Source of the DNA: an uncultured Gemmatimonadales bacterium
Lineage (GTDB): Bacteria; Gemmatimonadota; Gemmatimonadetes; Longimicrobiales; RSA9
Assembly: GCA_963708135.1 (NCBI GenBank)
Contig: OY970192.1
Coordinates: 352,001-416,000, forward strand
Direction of reading: 5' to 3'
Length of the DNA stretch: 64,000 nucleotides
This document shows, one piece after another, positions 61,568 through 64,000 of this stretch. Made by a program: the position numbers and the translations under genes. The notes under the pieces are model-generated. The model ran no database searches, was not told the DNA's origin, and saw only the letters and a program-made list of their open reading frames with translations. Every line of letters begins with the position of its first letter. Position 1 is the first letter of the stretch.

Positions 61568-61846
61568 ATGATGGACAGCAATTTCATCGGACTCGTGGCC
61601 GTCCTGCTCGGCGGGCTCACGATCCTGATTCCGGTGGCCGCGTTCGCTACCCGGTTCGCGGTCAAGCCGGTGCTCGAGCTGTACCTGAAGGCGCGCGCGG
61701 AGCAGCACGGGGACTCTGCCGACCTGGCCCTCATCGAAAAGCGGATGGCCTTCCTCGAGCAGCAGCTCGAGAGCATCGGCACCGATGTGGGCCGGCTGGT
61801 GGAGGAGCGCGACTTCGAGCGGCGGCTGCTGGAGAAGCGCTCCTGA
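61568..61846 (+). CDS. small TM plus coiled-coil protein (paralog 2)
   Basis: GGAGGAGG RBS; ILIPVAAFATRFAVKP...RLVEERDFERRL. Confidence 0.8.
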   Translation: MMDSNFIGLVAVLLGGLTILIPVAAFATRFAVKPVLELYLKARAEQHGDSADLALIEKRMAFLEQQLESIGTDVGRLVEERDFERRLLEKRS

Positions 61847-61954
61847 ACCTCCCCGTCCCGGCGTCGTGACCCACCGGCCGCCGGCAGAGGGCCCACCCCC
61901 CCGGGCACGGCGGAATTTGGCTCCTCGCTGTTCCGAGTGGGTGAGGATTGGACG

Positions 61955-62001
61955 CGTGTGCGGGTGCGGGTGCGGCTCCCACGCACACGCACACGCACAC
62001 G
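61955..62001. repeat. inverted pair of hexamer tandem repeats
   Basis: (GTGCGG)n facing (CGCACA)n. Confidence 0.6.
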
Positions 62002-62323
62002 GGTTTCGAGCCCCCTGAAGGCGGCGGATGCCGCGGCGGCACGGGCTGGGATACCTGCTCGTCTCTCGCTGCCGAAATGCTCTCGATCACCTGCCGTCCG
62101 GGTGCCGGCCCCTGGCTAGGCCGGGCACGGATGCGCGGGCTCGCCGGATTGCCGGTGGCAGGGGGGCGGGCGCCGGCGCGTGCGCGGTTGCGTCGCCTGC
62201 CCAGGGGGCGTAGATGAGGCCGCCCGGGCCCCCGGAAACATCTGCGGGGTAGAACCCCCCGCACCCGTGTCACAACGCGCCGCCCGCGCGCGTTCTTCGA
62301 GTGAGGATGGGACGATCCGCCAC

Positions 62324-62821
62324 GTGGATTTCGACGCCCTCTTCCAGCGCCTGTATCCATCCCTGTTCCGGTACCTGCATCGGCTGACCGGGGACCCGGA
62401 TGTCGCGGAAGATATCGCGCAGGAGGCATTCGTTCGCTTGTTGAGCCAGCAGCTCCCCGAGTCGGAGGCGCGCCCCTGGCTGTTCGCCGTGGCCATGAAC
62501 CTGGTCCGCGACCGGGCGCGCAAGACGGAGCGCAGGCAGCGGTTGCTGTCGGCGGTGCCGACGGGGCCGGCGCCGAGCCCGCGCCCGGACGATCTGACCG
62601 AGCAGAGGGAGCGGATCGAGGCGGTGCGGGAGGCGCTGGCACGGATCGCGCCCAGAGACAGGCAGCTCCTGCTCATGAGGGAGGAAGGGTTCACGTACGA
62701 GGAGATGGCGCGCGCCGTCGGGGTCGCGCCGAGTTCGATCGGAACGTTGATCGCCCGTGCGCTCCGGCGGTTTTCCGGGGCCTACCACGCGCGAGAGGCA
62801 GGCAATGACGCATCCGAGTGA
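62324..62821 (+). CDS. ECF sigma factor
   Basis: AEDIAQEAF, WLFAVAMNL, GFTYEEMA...GTLIARA. Confidence 0.9.
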   Translation: MDFDALFQRLYPSLFRYLHRLTGDPDVAEDIAQEAFVRLLSQQLPESEARPWLFAVAMNLVRDRARKTERRQRLLSAVPTGPAPSPRPDDLTEQRERIEAVREALARIAPRDRQLLLMREEGFTYEEMARAVGVAPSSIGTLIARALRRFSGAYHAREAGNDASE

Positions 62822-63608
62822 AGGCACGCTCCAGGCCTATCTGGACCACGCGCTTTCCGCGGAGGACCAGGCGGAGGCCGCTGGCCATCTCGAGCGCTGC
62901 GCCGCATGCCGGGCGGAGCTCGAGACGCTGGCACGCGTCGCCGCCACCGCGTCGGCCGCGCTGGCCCTGCTCGACGCGCCCATCGATGCCGTCAGCGCCC
63001 GGGCGGCCGTCACGCGCCGCGCCGAGCGCGAGGCCGAGCCGGTCCACATCGCCCGTCCCGCCGCCGCGCCCTTCCGCCGCGCGTTCCTGCGTGCCGCGAT
63101 GCTCGTCCTGGCCTCGGCCACCGTGGCCGTGGCGGCCATCCCGGGCACGCCGCTGCACCGCTGGATCGCGAACGTCTGGCGGGAGCGCGTCACCACGCGA
63201 GTGGCGCGTCCCGCGCCGGCCGCGCGACCCGCCGTGCGCGTCCCCGAGGCCGCGCCGGCGCCGCCCACGGCGGGCGTGTCGGTCCTGCCCGCGGGGGACC
63301 GGGTCCGCATCGTGTTCGACCACGTGGCTGCCGAGACCGTGGTGCAGGTCCGGCTGGTCGATGCGGAGCAGGCGGCGGTGGAGGCGTCCGGTCCCGCGGC
63401 TTCCGCGCGGTTCCGCACGGGGCCCGGGCGTATCGAGATGGTCGGCGGCGGCGCCGGACAGGTTCGGGTCGAGGTTCCGCGCTCGGTCGGTCGCGCCAGC
63501 GTGGAATCCGACGGCCGGCTGCTCCTGTTCAAGGAGAACGCCAGCATCCGCGTCTTCAGCCCCGCGGACACGGTGGGGCAGGTGCTGACGTTCCGCGCCG
63601 GCCATTGA
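62805..63608 (+). CDS. zf-HC2 (ZAS) anti-sigma factor with TM and extracytoplasmic domain
   Basis: H...HLERCAAC motif, TM segment, overlaps the sigma gene. Confidence 0.85.
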   Translation: MTHPSEGTLQAYLDHALSAEDQAEAAGHLERCAACRAELETLARVAATASAALALLDAPIDAVSARAAVTRRAEREAEPVHIARPAAAPFRRAFLRAAMLVLASATVAVAAIPGTPLHRWIANVWRERVTTRVARPAPAARPAVRVPEAAPAPPTAGVSVLPAGDRVRIVFDHVAAETVVQVRLVDAEQAAVEASGPAASARFRTGPGRIEMVGGGAGQVRVEVPRSVGRASVESDGRLLLFKENASIRVFSPADTVGQVLTFRAGH

Positions 63609-63631
63609 CGGCGGGGAAGGGAAGGGAAGAG

Positions 63632-63663
63632 GGCCGGGACGCGGATGCGTCCCGGCCTTTTTT
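63632..63663 (+). terminator. intrinsic terminator
   Basis: GGCCGGGACGC-GGAT-GCGTCCCGGCC followed by TTTTTT. Confidence 0.85.
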
Positions 63664-63827
63664 CGGCGCTGCCGCCCCTCCCTTTCCCCGCGCGTCCGAA
63701 CAGGCGATATTGGGAGGCGTCCCCGAATCGGGGGTCCATTCTCTAAGGCATTCTGGAGGGCCGGCTTGGGTCGGCTCCCGTTGGTGTTCGTGATCGCTCC
63801 GCTTTGCCACGGGGAAACGCTGCTCGA

Positions 63828-64000
63828 ATGATGCTCTCCGCGCTCGCAGTGGCTCTGGTCTCGGCCGCCATGCAGCTTCCGGCGCCGCCGATGGGGGTCG
63901 TGCGCGGCAAGATCCGGAGCGAGGCGACGGGCCAGCCGCTGGGGCTGGCCGTGGTCGAGCTGATCGACCGGTCGGGCACGCAGCGGACCGTGACGGACAG
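63828..64000 (+). CDS. N-terminus of a secreted protein with a carboxypeptidase-regulatory-like domain, possibly a TonB-dependent receptor (3'-truncated)
   Basis: MMLSALAVALVSAA signal, VRGKIRSEATGQPLGLAVVEL...TVTD. Confidence 0.6.
   Translation, partial: MMLSALAVALVSAAMQLPAPPMGVVRGKIRSEATGQPLGLAVVELIDRSGTQRTVTD

Overview
Very GC-rich bacterial chromosome segment. The gene content (SusC/SusD pair, homodimeric GlyRS, Ig-repeat lipoprotein, many short unassignable proteins) suggests Gemmatimonadota, but this is an inference. Most of the window is ordinary backbone: mlaE/F/D, glycerate kinase, glyQS, an NSS transporter, PolX-PHP and nth, two Zn-dependent dehydrogenases, tnaA, carB, a GH27/SSS/SusCD carbohydrate locus, HDAC, an M24 peptidase, priA, trpS, an ArsR-SdpI pair and an ECF sigma/anti-sigma pair. 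The standout is about 29.8-37.0 kb, where the 3' end of carB occurs four times in direct orientation (the native gene plus copies near 34.2, 34.6 and 36.5 kb). The copies are diverged, mostly at synonymous sites, and partly mosaic. They delimit cassettes of visibly lower-GC cargo. Cassette 1 holds an AraC-like regulator, a fulvocin C-like 8-Cys bacteriocin precursor, a membrane protein, an ABC ATPase and a DsbA-like protein. Cassette 2 holds a truncated paralogous regulator and a secreted protein. No integrase or transposase is visible, so this is a candidate integrase-free, homology-driven cassette array anchored on a housekeeping gene. Mis-assembly of strain variants must be excluded. Smaller oddities include a PolX with a degenerate polymerase site, a Rieske-fold protein lacking canonical His ligands, an MNT-HEPN fusion coupled to a tandem PRC-barrel gene, an orphan GvpL/F gene and dispersed 6-8-mer tandem/inverted intergenic repeats. 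No rRNA, tRNA or CRISPR array was recognised.
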